Assembly: GCA_046483045.1 (NCBI GenBank)
Contig: JAWODY010000074.1
Span: forward strand, 6,391 to 70,390
Direction of reading: 5' to 3'
DNA: 64,000 nt
From: Anaerolineales bacterium
Lineage (GTDB): Bacteria; Chloroflexota; Anaerolineae; Anaerolineales; UBA11858
Under the pieces are notes generated by a model. The model saw only the letters and a program-made list of their open reading frames with translations. It searched no databases and was not told the origin of the DNA. Positions 1 to 9,719 of this stretch are shown here, in pieces (position 1 is the stretch's first letter; every line of letters begins with the position of its first letter). The position numbers and the translations under genes were made by a program.

Positions 1-639
1 ATCGCCAAACAGCAGGCCTATGGGATCGTGGGCCTGGACGGCTTAGCCGGTCCCACGGAAACCATGGTCATCGCCGATGAGAGCGCCAACCCTGAATGGG
101 TAGCCAGCGACCTGCTGGCCCAGGCGGAACACGACGTGCTGGCCAGCGCCATCCTCCTCACTCCCTCCCGGAAGCTGGCCCTGACTGTGCAGCGGGAAGT
201 GGCCCAGCAGGTCGAGACCCTGTCCCGGGCTGAGATCATCCTCCAATCCCTGGAAAACAAAGGCGGAGCGGTGATCACGCCTGACCTAGAGACCGCCGCA
301 AAGCTGGCGGATGACTATGCCACTGAACACCTCTGCCTGGCGGTGAAAGACCCCGTTGGTCTGGCGGAAAAGATCAACAACGCAGGAGGATTTTTCCTGG
401 GCGACCACTCCTTCGAGGTCCTGGGAGATTACGTGGCCGGCCCCAGCCACATCATGCCCACGGGAGGGACCGCTCGCTTTGCTTCTCCGCTGAACGTGAT
501 GGATTTCGTCAAAATCAGCAGCATGGTGACCCTAGATCCGGACACCGGGAAAGATCTCAGCCCCACCGCAGCCCGAATTGCCCGGATGGAATCCCTCACC
601 GCACACGCTGCCAGCGCAGATTTCAGGAGTGAATCATGA
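1..639 (+). CDS. hisD: Histidinol dehydrogenase, C-terminal part (5' end outside window)
   Basis: The frame is open from base 1 ([27 protein letters not shown]...DLLAQAEHD), matching the conserved HisD 'GPSE...ADxxAxP..vA.DLLsQAEH' region. The TGA stop overlaps the hisC ATG (ATGA at 636-639). Confidence 0.9.
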   Translation: MAKQQAYGIVGLDGLAGPTETMVIADESANPEWVASDLLAQAEHDVLASAILLTPSRKLALTVQREVAQQVETLSRAEIILQSLENKGGAVITPDLETAAKLADDYATEHLCLAVKDPVGLAEKINNAGGFFLGDHSFEVLGDYVAGPSHIMPTGGTARFASPLNVMDFVKISSMVTLDPDTGKDLSPTAARIARMESLTAHAASADFRSES

Positions 640-1733
640 ACACATTCAATCCCCGCACCCTGCTCCGGGACCACATCCAGGATATGCCGCCCTACCAGCC
701 TATTCACCCTTTTGACGTCCTTTCCGAACGCCTGGGGATCCCAGAAGACAAACTGACCAAATTGGATGCCAATGAGAACCCATACGGCCCCCTTCCCCAG
801 GCAAAAAAGGCCTTGAACGATCTTTCCTCCCTCCATATTTACCCTGATCCGGAATCACGCTATCTGCGCCAGGACCTGTCCCGGGTCCACAATATCCCGG
901 CGGAGAGGATCCTGGCCGGAGCCGGGGCGGACGAATTGATTGATCTCATCCTTCGCGTGACGCTTGATCCGGATGATCTCATCCTGGACTGCCCCCCCAC
1001 CTTCAGCATGTATGCCTTTGACGCGGACGTCAACGCTGCCCGCACCCTGAAGGTGTCCAGAAACAAGGACTTCTCCCTTGACCTTCCGGCCATTGAAGAC
1101 TCAGTCCACGCCTACCATCCCAAACTGCTCTTCCTGGCCTCTCCTAACAACCCCGATGGCGGCCTGCTGTCCCGGGTTGCATTGGAGCGCCTTCTGGAGC
1201 TACCCCTGCTTGTCGTGGTTGATGAAGCCTACATCGCTTTCGCGCCTGAAGGGACAAGCGCCATACCTTTGACCGAGTCTTATAAAAACCTGATCGTGCT
1301 GCGCACCTTCAGCAAGTGGGGCGGCCTGGCCGGACTCCGGGTTGGTTACGGGATCTTCCCGGCATGGATCACCCCGGCCATCTGGAAAATCAAACAGCCG
1401 TATAATGTTAATGCTGCTGGCGCTGCAGCAGCCAGGGCCACATTAGGGCACCGGGACCAGCTCAAGGAACAAACCCAGGCAATCATTGCTGAACGGGAAA
1501 GGCTGGACAAGAATCTGCGGGAGGTGCCCTGGCTGGACCCCTACCCCTCCCGGGCAAATTTTATCCTCTGCCGCGTGAAAGGACGGAATGCCGCTCGGGT
1601 CAAAGAACGCTTGTCCCAGCAGGGGATCCTGATCCGGTATTTCAATAAACCTGGGTTGGATGACCATATCCGGATCAGCGTCGGTAAACCATCTGATACC
1701 GAGGCCCTGATCCAAGCCCTGCGGAAACTATAA
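636..1733 (+). CDS. hisC: Histidinol-phosphate aminotransferase
   Basis: 365 aa class-II aminotransferase. It has '[11 protein letters not shown]', a PLP-lysine context '[17 protein letters not shown]', and his operon context. Confidence 0.9.
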   Translation: MNTFNPRTLLRDHIQDMPPYQPIHPFDVLSERLGIPEDKLTKLDANENPYGPLPQAKKALNDLSSLHIYPDPESRYLRQDLSRVHNIPAERILAGAGADELIDLILRVTLDPDDLILDCPPTFSMYAFDADVNAARTLKVSRNKDFSLDLPAIEDSVHAYHPKLLFLASPNNPDGGLLSRVALERLLELPLLVVVDEAYIAFAPEGTSAIPLTESYKNLIVLRTFSKWGGLAGLRVGYGIFPAWITPAIWKIKQPYNVNAAGAAAARATLGHRDQLKEQTQAIIAERERLDKNLREVPWLDPYPSRANFILCRVKGRNAARVKERLSQQGILIRYFNKPGLDDHIRISVGKPSDTEALIQALRKL

Positions 1734-1759
1734 CCAGAAAACGAAAAAGTGAGGTGCCC

Positions 1760-2347
1760 ATGCGAAAAACAACCATTCAACGTAAGACCGAGGAGACTGA
1801 AATCAACCTCAAGCTTAATCTGGACGGAAATGGACAGGCAGAGATCGATACCGGGATAGGTTTCCTGGACCACATGCTCCTCCACCTGACGGTGCACGGA
1901 AACTTCGACCTCGAACTGACCGCCCGCGGTGATCTTGAAGTCGACGAACACCACACCGTGGAAGACTGCGCCCTGGCTCTTGGCCAGGCCTTCGATCAGG
2001 CCCTGGAAGAGCGGATAGGGATCACCCGCATGGGGTCGGCGCTTGTCCCCATGGATGAGGCCCTGGTCCAGATTGCAGTAGACCTCTCCGGGCGCCCCTA
2101 CAGCGTGATCCAGATCGATTGGAACGGACCACAAGTGGGTGGAATTGCCACCACCCTCTTCCCTCATTTTCTGGAATCCTTTGCGGTCACTGCCCGCTGC
2201 AATCTGCACGCCCGCATGTTATATGGACAAGACGACCATCACAAAGCAGAAGCGTTATTCAAAGGTTTAGGACGAGCCCTGGATTCAGCCTGCCGACCTG
2301 ACGAGCGGCGGGGGGGACAAGTTCCAAGCACAAAGGGTACTATATAG
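1760..2347 (+). CDS. hisB: Imidazoleglycerol-phosphate dehydratase (monofunctional, no phosphatase domain)
   Basis: Contains '[16 protein letters not shown]...GIGFLDHML...[17 protein letters not shown]'. The ORF track starts at GTG 1754, but ATG 1760 sits 5 nt after a GAGG. At about 195 aa it has only the IGPD domain. Confidence 0.9.
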   Translation: MRKTTIQRKTEETEINLKLNLDGNGQAEIDTGIGFLDHMLLHLTVHGNFDLELTARGDLEVDEHHTVEDCALALGQAFDQALEERIGITRMGSALVPMDEALVQIAVDLSGRPYSVIQIDWNGPQVGGIATTLFPHFLESFAVTARCNLHARMLYGQDDHHKAEALFKGLGRALDSACRPDERRGGQVPSTKGTI

Positions 2348-2356
2348 GAGTTGAGG

Positions 2357-2965
2357 ATGAAGATTGCCTTGATCGATCACGGCGTGGGAAACCTGCGCTC
2401 GGTGGAAAAGGCCCTCACAGCGGCGGGGGCAGATGTGAACCTGACCAGGGATCCCAATAACATAAGGCAGGCAAATAAGTTGGTCCTGCCCGGTGTAGGG
2501 GCGTTCGCAGACGCCATGCATGGTCTGCTGAGCAGGAATCTGGAAAACCCACTGATGGAAGCAGTGGAGGCTGGCGTGCCGCTGCTGGGGATCTGTGTCG
2601 GCATGCAAATGCTTTTTGATGTTAGCGAGGAACACGGAGAACACCCCGGGCTGGGCTTGCTCCCCGGACGGGTTGTCCGTTTTCCTGAAAGGGAGCTGAC
2701 GGTCCCTCATACCGGTTGGAACCAGATCCAACCTCTCCGGGAAAGCGAGTTCCTGGGGGATATCCCCGCTGGAAGTTATACATATTTCAACCACACCTAT
2801 TTCTGCGCCCCCACTCGCGAAGAGGATGTTCTGGCGGTCACAGAGTACGGGGACCATTATGCATCCATCGTCCAGCGCGGGAACCTGTACGGGGTCCAGT
2901 TTCACCCTGAAAAAAGCCAGCATGTAGGCCTGGCAATGCTGAAAAACTTCGTCCAGCGTTGCTGA
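2357..2965 (+). CDS. hisH: Imidazole glycerol phosphate synthase, glutamine amidotransferase subunit
   Basis: Contains 'KIALIDHGVGNLRSV', 'LPGVGAF', the catalytic 'GICVGMQ' and 'GVQFHPEKS'. An alternative TTG start lies at 2351. Confidence 0.9.
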   Translation: MKIALIDHGVGNLRSVEKALTAAGADVNLTRDPNNIRQANKLVLPGVGAFADAMHGLLSRNLENPLMEAVEAGVPLLGICVGMQMLFDVSEEHGEHPGLGLLPGRVVRFPERELTVPHTGWNQIQPLRESEFLGDIPAGSYTYFNHTYFCAPTREEDVLAVTEYGDHYASIVQRGNLYGVQFHPEKSQHVGLAMLKNFVQRC

Positions 2966-2986
2966 GTGAACGTAAAAGGAGAACCG

Positions 2987-3733
2987 GTGACAGATTTTGA
3001 CGTATTCCCGGCCATTGACCTGCGCGGCGGTCAGGTGGTGCGCCTGCGGCAGGGAGACCCTGGCCACCAGACCACCTATGATAACCATCCGGGCATTGTT
3101 GCCCGACAATGGTTAAAACAAGGCGCTCAGTGTCTTCACGTGGTCAACCTGGACGGGGCTTTCGGGGAGGAAGACAACCCGAATCAGGACGGTATACAAG
3201 AGATCGTCGAGGAAGCGCACCAGGCTGGAGCCAAAGTCCAACTGGGCGGAGGGATTCGCTCCCGGGAGGACATTGACAGACTGCTTTCCTTGGGGATCCG
3301 GAGAGTGATCCTAGGCACGGCTGCCACCCAAAACCCAGAACTGGTTGAACGGGCCCTAATTCATTATGGAAGCGACCGGATTGTGGTCGGGGTGGATGCC
3401 CGGGGAGGAAAAGTACGGGTGCAAGGCTGGACGGAAGGCACCGAACTTGAGCCTCTGGGATTCGGCCGGATGCTGCGGAAAAGAGGGCTGCAATGGTCCG
3501 TGTACACCGACATCACCCGGGACGGGGTAGGAAAGGGCCTGAATGTAGAAGCGGCTCGTATTTTCCAGGAAGAAACCGGGGTGAAAGTCATCGCGGCCGG
3601 CGGCGTTGCTTCCCTGGATGACATCCGCGCTGCGCGAGACGCTGGGCTGTGGGGCGTGATCATTGGCCGGGCCCTGTATGAAAAGGAGCTGGATTTGGCC
3701 AGGGCACTAAAGTTCAATCGAGGAGGGCATTAA
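2987..3733 (+). CDS. hisA: ProFAR isomerase (1-(5-phosphoribosyl)-5-[(5-phosphoribosylamino)methylideneamino]imidazole-4-carboxamide isomerase)
   Basis: Contains 'VFPAIDLRGGQVVRLRQGD', 'LHVVNLDGA' and 'GGGIRS'. The ORF opens at GTG 2966, but GTG 2987 follows 'aaaaggaga', so the exact start is uncertain. Confidence 0.88.
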   Translation: MTDFDVFPAIDLRGGQVVRLRQGDPGHQTTYDNHPGIVARQWLKQGAQCLHVVNLDGAFGEEDNPNQDGIQEIVEEAHQAGAKVQLGGGIRSREDIDRLLSLGIRRVILGTAATQNPELVERALIHYGSDRIVVGVDARGGKVRVQGWTEGTELEPLGFGRMLRKRGLQWSVYTDITRDGVGKGLNVEAARIFQEETGVKVIAAGGVASLDDIRAARDAGLWGVIIGRALYEKELDLARALKFNRGGH

Positions 3734-4537
3734 ATGTTAGCCAAACGGATTATCCCCTGCCTGGATATCGATCAGGGCCGGGTGGTCAAAGGGGTCAATT
3801 TCGTAAATATCCGGGATGCCGGTGACCCGGTAGAACAAGCCAGGATATATGATCAAATGGGAGCGGACGAACTGGTCTTTCTGGACATCACCGCCAGCCA
3901 TGAAAAGCGAGACATCGTGGCCGGGATGGTGAGGCAGGTCGCCGATCAGGTCTTCCTGCCCCTGACGGTAGGCGGCGGCATCCGGGGAGCGGATGATATG
4001 CGCGTCATCCTCCGGGCGGGCGCGGATAAAATCAGCATCAACTCCGCGGCGGTCAAAGACCCCACGATACTCAGTGATGGCGCCTGGCGCTTTGGCAGCC
4101 AGTGTGTGGTGCTGGCCATAGATGCCAAAGGTAAGGACGATGGATCCTGGGAGGTATATATTTACGGCGGCCGGCAGGCGACAGGCTTGGACGCGGTGGA
4201 ATGGGCCCAGCGCGGGGTAGAACACGGCGCCGGCGAGATTTTGCTCACCAGCATGGACCGTGACGGCACTCTCGCGGGATACGACCTGGAGCTGACCCGG
4301 ACCATGGCTGCAGCTGTCGATGTCCCTATCATCGCCAGCGGAGGAGCGGGAAATGTGGAACACTTTGCCGAAGCTGTGACGACCGGCGAGGCTGACGCTG
4401 CCCTGGCAGCATCGCTCTTCCACGATAATGTTCTGACCATCGGTGAGGTAAAACGGCACTTGATTTCTCAGAGAATCTCCATCCGACCGGTTGGGATAAA
4501 TATGAGACGTGAACAAATTGAGGAGCTTCAATCATGA
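3734..4537 (+). CDS. hisF: Imidazole glycerol phosphate synthase, cyclase subunit
   Basis: Contains '[20 protein letters not shown]', '[12 protein letters not shown]', 'GGGIR' and '[15 protein letters not shown]'. The stop overlaps the purH start (ATGA 4534-4537). Confidence 0.92.
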   Translation: MLAKRIIPCLDIDQGRVVKGVNFVNIRDAGDPVEQARIYDQMGADELVFLDITASHEKRDIVAGMVRQVADQVFLPLTVGGGIRGADDMRVILRAGADKISINSAAVKDPTILSDGAWRFGSQCVVLAIDAKGKDDGSWEVYIYGGRQATGLDAVEWAQRGVEHGAGEILLTSMDRDGTLAGYDLELTRTMAAAVDVPIIASGGAGNVEHFAEAVTTGEADAALAASLFHDNVLTIGEVKRHLISQRISIRPVGINMRREQIEELQS

Positions 4538-6048
4538 AAACAGCCTTATTATCCGTGTGGGACAAGCGAGAATTGCTCCCGCTGGGACACCGTTTGCACG
4601 AAGAAGATTGGCAGTTGATCGCCAGCGGCGGCACTGCACAGGAACTCGAAAAAGACGGGCTGCAGGTCGTTCCTGTCCAGGAGATCACCGGTGAACGGGA
4701 ACTTTTTGGAGGACGGGTAAAAACCCTCCATCCCGCGATCCACGCTGGTATCCTGGCCCCGGACACCAAAAATGCATTGGGACAGCTCAAGGAGCGTGGA
4801 TGGCCGAGACTCGACCTGGTTGTGGTTAACCTCTACCCGTTTCAAGAGATGATCGACCAGGCCGATCTCTCGCAGGATGAAATCCTGGAGTTCATCGACA
4901 TCGGCGGAGCAGCTCTGCTGCGTGCCGCAGCAAAAAATTACACCCGTGTGACCGTCCTCAGCGACCCGGATGATTACCCTACCGACCTTTCCGTCCTAGA
5001 CAAGAAGGGTTACCGGCTGGAGATGGCCTACAAAGCCTTTGCGACCACTGCTGCTTACGACCAGGCCATTTCCCGTTACTTTACAAAACATACGGCAGCT
5101 CCGAGGGAAAAAATTCATATCCTTCACCCAGTCCAAAGACTTCGATATGGTGAAAACCCCCACCAAGAAGCGACTTTTTATGCCCGGAAACCGGGAGGAA
5201 AACCATTTCACGGGACTTTACTGCAGGGAAAAGCCCTCTCTTATAACAATTTGTTAGATCTGGAAGGGGCCTGGCGCTGCGTGCGGCGCTTTGAAGGCCC
5301 TGCGGCTGCAGTCGTCAAACATACCAGCCCGTGCGGTGTGGCTGAAGCTGATTCACTAGCAGAAGCCCTGCGCCTGGCCCTTGCCAGCGATCCCACCTCC
5401 GCCTTTGGCAGCGTGATCGCCAGCAACCGGACCATCACACCTGCCTTTGTGGATACGTTGGGTGATATGTTCCTGGAATGCTTGATCGCGCCCGACTTCT
5501 CTCCTCCAACACTCCAACAGCTTTCCCAACAGGGAAGCCTGCGGCTGATCAAAGCCCCGCTGGAGAAACCCCTTCCCGGCCGGGAACTGCGCACGATACC
5601 AGGTGGATACCTTGAGCAGGAAGGTGATACCGGAGACCCCGAGGAATCACCACGCTGGACAGTTATGACGGAGCGAGACCCTACACCTCAGGAATTGGCC
5701 GCTCTCAAATTTGGTTGGCAGGCAGTGATGGATGTCAAATCCAATGCTGTACTCCTGGCCAGGGTCGAAGGCAGCAAGCGGTTCACGGTGGGGATTGGAG
5801 GCGGCCAGCCCAATCGCGCGGACTGCGTGCGCATGGCTGGGCTGCGTGCGGGTGATCGAGCCCAGGGAGCGGTTTTAGCCAGCGATGCATTCTTCCCTTT
5901 CCCCGACGGCATCCAGCTGGCACATGAATCGGGCGTGACCGCTGTCGTCCAACCGGGAGGGTCCATCCGGGACCCGGACGTGATCGCTGAAGCAGACGCC
6001 CGGGGTTTAGCGATGCTCTTCACCCATACCCGCCACTTCCGACATTAA
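4534..6048 (+). CDS. purH: Bifunctional AICAR transformylase / IMP cyclohydrolase
   Basis: 504 aa. The N-terminal MGS-like domain has '[11 protein letters not shown]...GGTA..L...G' and '[16 protein letters not shown]'. The C-terminal part has 'LRYGENPHQ' and 'GIGGGQPNR'. Confidence 0.92.
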   Translation: MKTALLSVWDKRELLPLGHRLHEEDWQLIASGGTAQELEKDGLQVVPVQEITGERELFGGRVKTLHPAIHAGILAPDTKNALGQLKERGWPRLDLVVVNLYPFQEMIDQADLSQDEILEFIDIGGAALLRAAAKNYTRVTVLSDPDDYPTDLSVLDKKGYRLEMAYKAFATTAAYDQAISRYFTKHTAAPREKIHILHPVQRLRYGENPHQEATFYARKPGGKPFHGTLLQGKALSYNNLLDLEGAWRCVRRFEGPAAAVVKHTSPCGVAEADSLAEALRLALASDPTSAFGSVIASNRTITPAFVDTLGDMFLECLIAPDFSPPTLQQLSQQGSLRLIKAPLEKPLPGRELRTIPGGYLEQEGDTGDPEESPRWTVMTERDPTPQELAALKFGWQAVMDVKSNAVLLARVEGSKRFTVGIGGGQPNRADCVRMAGLRAGDRAQGAVLASDAFFPFPDGIQLAHESGVTAVVQPGGSIRDPDVIAEADARGLAMLFTHTRHFRH

Positions 6049-6058
6049 GGAGAACACA

Positions 6059-6394
6059 ATGGCCGAGATTCAGCTCAACTACAACCCCAAAGGTCTCATC
6101 CCGGCAATGCTCCAGGATGCTGAGACACAGCAGGTCCTGATGTTCGCCTGGATGAATGAGGAAGCCTTTCAGCGCACACTAGAAACAGGCCAGGCCCACT
6201 TCTGGAGCCGGAGCCGGGAGGAACTGTGGCATAAAGGGAAAACATCAGGGAACTTCATGGATGTCCGGGAGATCAAGGTGGACTGTGACGCAGACACCCT
6301 GCTGGTCCTGGTCGATCCCCATGGGCCGGCCTGCCATACAGGCGCCACATCCTGTTTTTATCGATCTTTCCAGGGCTTAGACCCCAAAACATAA
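6059..6394 (+). CDS. hisI: Phosphoribosyl-AMP cyclohydrolase
   Basis: 111 aa with '[25 protein letters not shown]', '[18 protein letters not shown]' and 'DCDADTLLV...GPACHTG'. Confidence 0.9.
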   Translation: MAEIQLNYNPKGLIPAMLQDAETQQVLMFAWMNEEAFQRTLETGQAHFWSRSREELWHKGKTSGNFMDVREIKVDCDADTLLVLVDPHGPACHTGATSCFYRSFQGLDPKT

Positions 6395-6410
6395 CCGAGG
6401 GAGAAGTTAA

Positions 6411-6692
6411 ATGATCGAAAAGCTATTCCAAATCATCCAGGACCGCAAAGCGGTTCAACCCCAGGGTTCTTACACCGCTTTCCTTCTTCAGGAAGGAAAA
6501 GAGGCGATCCTGAAAAAAATCGGCGAAGAGACGGTGGAGGTCATCCTGGCCGCCACGGGAGAGGGGAGACAGCGGGTAGTGGAAGAGACAGCTGATCTTT
6601 TTTATCATTCTCTGGTTCTGCTCTCTGCCATGGACCTCACCCTGGATGATGTTCAAGACGAACTCCGTAAGCGCCATATCGAGAAAGGATAA
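6411..6692 (+). CDS. hisE: Phosphoribosyl-ATP pyrophosphohydrolase
   Basis: 93 aa MazG-like protein with 'SYTAFLL..G...ILKKIGEE..E' and 'E.ADLFYH.LVLL'. It is a separate gene from hisI, not a fusion. Confidence 0.88.
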   Translation: MIEKLFQIIQDRKAVQPQGSYTAFLLQEGKEAILKKIGEETVEVILAATGEGRQRVVEETADLFYHSLVLLSAMDLTLDDVQDELRKRHIEKG

Positions 6693-6699
6693 ATAAGAG

Positions 6700-7833
6700 A
6701 TGAAGAACATTCTGCTTTTTGATATGGACGGCGTCCTGCTCGAACCGCGCGGCTATCACAGGGCTCTGCAGGAAACAGTTCAAACCATTGGAGAGTCGCT
6801 GGGTTTCAAAAACCCACAACTCAGCCAGAAGGAAATTTACGCTTTTGAGGCCGCCGGGATCACCAGCGAATGGGATTCAGCCGCCATTATTCTGGGTCTG
6901 ATGATGAGGGAAATCTGGCAAACCCAACCAGAGATGAACCCGCCGGATACACTCCCCCCAACGCCAACAGGGAGCCGGACCCGACAACCACCTCAATGGC
7001 GCGCCTTCCTGACCAAGCTGGGGAAGCAGGAGGAAACCCAGAGGACCCCCCGCGAACGGGCCGCTGAATTCCTGAAAAAAGACCTTTCCAGCGACAAACA
7101 GGAAATGATTGAGAATCTGGTTGCAGGCGCGCATGAAGCCCGCCGCTCAATCACGCACCGCACCTTCCAAGAATTCGTGCTGGGAAGCGAGAGATTTCAA
7201 AAGGTATATCAGCTGCGGCCCCAATTCAACTGCCGCAGCTACTTGGAACAATATGACCGGCCCCTTCTCTCCTCCCATTCCAGCAAAAAGCTCTCAGATT
7301 GGCTCAACAATGAGGGCCAATCGAGTGCAATTCTCACCAATCGCCCTTCCCAACCTCTGGAGGACCACTTTGGCACCCCTGAGGCTGAAATGGGTGCGGC
7401 ATTGGTCGGTCTGGAAGACCTTCCGATCATCGGCCACGGTGAGATTGCCTGGCTGGCTGAAGAACGGGAGCAACCTTTGGGGCATGTCCGAAAACCCAGC
7501 CCAGTCCATACCCTAGCAGCTCTTCTTGTCAGCCTTGGAACCCCAAAGCTGCATGCTCTACAGGCCAGTGATGAATTTGTCCATGACAAACAAGCTGGTG
7601 AGATTTGGCAGAATCTTCACCAGAACACGGTTTACGTATTTGAAGACACACCGCCTGGATTCCAAAGTGCTCGATCCGCTCAAGAGATTCTGGACACAGC
7701 GGGATTTAACCTGGATCTGAGGCTGATTGGGATCGCTGTGGATGAGGAAAAAGGGGGCGTATTGAGAAATTGGGGCGGGAAGGTTTATCCAAACATTGAC
7801 CTCGCACTGCGGGAACAGATTTTAACATTATAA
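6700..7833 (+). CDS. HAD-superfamily hydrolase with an unusually large cap insertion, last gene of the his operon
   Basis: HAD motif I 'LLFDMDGVLLEP', motif II-like 'SAILTNRP' and motif IV-like 'VYVFEDTPPG'. About 200 aa lie between motifs I and II, including a Pro-rich 'NPPDTLPPTPTGSRTRQPPQW' segment. It starts 7 nt after hisE. Confidence 0.7.
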   Translation: MKNILLFDMDGVLLEPRGYHRALQETVQTIGESLGFKNPQLSQKEIYAFEAAGITSEWDSAAIILGLMMREIWQTQPEMNPPDTLPPTPTGSRTRQPPQWRAFLTKLGKQEETQRTPRERAAEFLKKDLSSDKQEMIENLVAGAHEARRSITHRTFQEFVLGSERFQKVYQLRPQFNCRSYLEQYDRPLLSSHSSKKLSDWLNNEGQSSAILTNRPSQPLEDHFGTPEAEMGAALVGLEDLPIIGHGEIAWLAEEREQPLGHVRKPSPVHTLAALLVSLGTPKLHALQASDEFVHDKQAGEIWQNLHQNTVYVFEDTPPGFQSARSAQEILDTAGFNLDLRLIGIAVDEEKGGVLRNWGGKVYPNIDLALREQILTL

Positions 7834-7938
7834 GGAGCTTTCCTTTCCCATTTTGAAGTTTGAACACTCCAATCTGGGAAACAAAACCGTACAAATCGCG
7901 TATACTATAAATAGAAATATGAGAACAAGGAGGATATC

Positions 7939-8316
7939 ATGAGTTTTCTAGGCAACATCATCTGGTTTATCTTCGGTGGTTTTCTGGCAGCTTTAGGGTA
8001 TTTAATCGGGGGAGCTATCTTGTGTCTGACGATCATCGGCATCCCTTTTGGCGTGCAGGCTATAAAGATCGGTATCGCTACCCTGACCCCTTTTGGGGAA
8101 GAAATCACACTGAAACCTAATGCCCACAACACGATGAACACCATTTTCAACTTGATCTGGCTGGTTCTCTTTGGCTGGGAGATCGCTATCGCCCACCTGG
8201 TCAATGGGCTCATCCTGTACATTACCATCCTCGGGATCCCTTTCGGCAAACAGCATTTCAAACTTATACCCTTGGCTTTGTTTCCCTTCGGCAGAGAATT
8301 CACCAAAATGAACTGA
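7939..8316 (+). CDS. yccF: YccF-family inner membrane protein (DUF307)
   Basis: 125 aa with two copies of the 'NIIWFIFGG...IGIPFG' type repeat characteristic of YccF. 'aaggagg' lies upstream. Confidence 0.8.
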   Translation: MSFLGNIIWFIFGGFLAALGYLIGGAILCLTIIGIPFGVQAIKIGIATLTPFGEEITLKPNAHNTMNTIFNLIWLVLFGWEIAIAHLVNGLILYITILGIPFGKQHFKLIPLALFPFGREFTKMN

Positions 8317-8358
8317 TCCTCATAAAAAGCTCCGTACCCTGTTAAAAAAATATAGGCA

Positions 8359-8396
8359 TAAAAAAGAAAACTCCCCTTGGAAATATCCAGGGGGAG
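8359..8396 (-). terminator. Intrinsic terminator oriented for minus-strand transcription
   Basis: A 10-bp stem ctccccttgg / ccagggggag (one G-U pair) with a 6-nt loop. The A-rich run 8359-8370 on plus becomes a U-tract on the minus strand. It may also serve as a weak stop for yccF. Confidence 0.5.
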
Positions 8397-8597
8397 TCAT
8401 TTGATTCCGGTTATTTGCAGTAGATTACCTCATTTCACCCATCCTGTGATGATGACTTTCTTGACCAGCTTTCAACATAAATTTATCACAATGCTTCTTT
8501 TTCATCGTCTTCAGGATTGTATCGAAAGAAGTTCAGCGTGATCTGGATGCTATCCTGACTTAGTACGAACGCTTCTTGGGCAGGTATTTGTTGATAT

Positions 8598-8732
8598 TTA
8601 CCCATCGACATACATGGCCCTGATGACCACGACCCGTGAAGCCAAATCGTTCACTGTCAGGGCATACTCCGTCATGAATTGCTTTCTCCACCCCCCAAGC
8701 CCCCTCTGAAACGGGGTCCTCCTAAGGAACAC
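8598..8732 (-). pseudogene. Possible RelE/ParE-family toxin fragment (C-terminal half only)
   Basis: The minus-frame translation '..FQRGLGGWRKQFMTEYALTVNDLASRVVVIRAMYVDG*' resembles the C-terminal 'L.G.l.G.wR.r.gdYRiiY.i.d....v.vl.v.HR' core of RelE/ParE toxins. The frame is closed by TAA/TAG about 40 codons upstream, so the N-terminal half is missing. Confidence 0.3.
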
Positions 8733-8744
8733 CTCTCCAGCATT

Positions 8745-8780
8745 AATAAAGAAAAGCCCCCCTAAAGGAGGCTTCTTTAT
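8745..8780 (-). terminator. Probable intrinsic terminator of the 8809..9531 gene
   Basis: An imperfect hairpin aagccccc/gggaggctt (8754-8774). On the minus strand it is followed by a 'ttttctttatt' U-rich run, and it lies 30 nt after the stop codon. Confidence 0.5.
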
Positions 8781-8808
8781 TATTTAACGCTAAAGACAAA
8801 CTACGGAC

Positions 8809-9531
8809 TTACGGACTGGCAAAGAGGGTATTTTCCAACGAACCCAGTTTAGAAGACAGCACCTCCAGATCAGATCGGGCGGAAAATCGGTCCTCTTCAA
8901 GTTCTTCCATGATCAATTCATGCCTCTGCTGCATGTTGATCACCACCTCAACCTGGTCCTCGTTAAGCATGGTCTCCAATGTGTCTAAGGTATTCCCAAC
9001 TTTATCTAATTCCAACTTCGCTTCCGCAAGATTACCCTCCGAAAGAGCCAAAAGAGCGTCTGACACAGAGGATCGGGCACTGAGAAGGGTGATATGAACC
9101 TTTGTCTGTTTGATTTCCGCTTCCAATTCCTGGTTTCGTTCTTCAAAAGCAGACAAACGCTCCACTTCCCCTTCTAAATTGGCAACCTCAGCTTCAGCAT
9201 CCTCTAAAGCCTGTGTCGTCTGAGCTGCTTTCTTCATCGCTGGTTGGTAAAGGGCATAGTATGTCGTCCCTACTCCTGCACCGAAAGCGATGACCACAAT
9301 CACCAGCCATACCAACACCTTCCGAAAGAAACGGGCAACCTTACTTCGTTCTCTGCCTTCCTCTTTTGGTTCTGTGACGGGTTCTTCAAGCACCTCGTCC
9401 CCTTCTTTGGTAATGTCCGTTTGACCTTTTCCCAATTCTTCTTCCGGGGTCATTGGTTCCTGATCCTCGACTTGTTCTGCTTCTTCGTATTGTTCCTCGG
9501 CTGACTCCTCTTCTTTTTTCTTCCACTTCAT
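8809..9531 (-). CDS. Hypothetical single-pass membrane protein with acidic N-terminus and coiled-coil ectodomain
   Basis: A GGAGG lies 8 nt before ATG 9531 (MKWKKKEEES...). The TM segment is 'VLVWLVIVVIAFGAGVGTTYYALY', followed by heptad-like E/L-rich sequence. The ORF track start at 9561 lacks an RBS. Confidence 0.6.
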   Translation of the reverse strand: MKWKKKEEESAEEQYEEAEQVEDQEPMTPEEELGKGQTDITKEGDEVLEEPVTEPKEEGRERSKVARFFRKVLVWLVIVVIAFGAGVGTTYYALYQPAMKKAAQTTQALEDAEAEVANLEGEVERLSAFEERNQELEAEIKQTKVHITLLSARSSVSDALLALSEGNLAEAKLELDKVGNTLDTLETMLNEDQVEVVINMQQRHELIMEELEEDRFSARSDLEVLSSKLGSLENTLFASP

Positions 9532-9667
9532 AATATTTCCTCCTTCATAACCATCACTCATTGCCCAACTATATTATACCTGACACAAACCTGTTTGGAA
9601 TGCTCAACCTCAGAAGGAACCTAAAACATCCATTCTGAAGAAGATCAAACAGAAATATTCCTGCCAT

Positions 9668-9699
9668 AAAAAAAGCTGGGCTTCTGCCCAGCTTTTTTT
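9668..9699. terminator. Bidirectional intrinsic terminator (serves hsp20 on the minus strand)
   Basis: An 8-bp stem agctgggc-ttct-gcccagct is flanked by A7 on the left and T7 on the right. Confidence 0.8.
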
Positions 9700-9719
9700 C
9701 ATCAAGGATCACGTTCAAA

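Noticed and set aside
3737-4531. A 264-aa ORF on the minus strand covering almost all of hisF. Similar cases are 1541..2209 and 2285..3109 (minus) over hisB/hisH/hisA.
   Set aside because: These are exact antisense shadows of strongly recognisable his genes. The translations are Arg/Gly/Pro-rich with no family motifs, which is a typical artefact of GC-rich third positions on the opposite strand.
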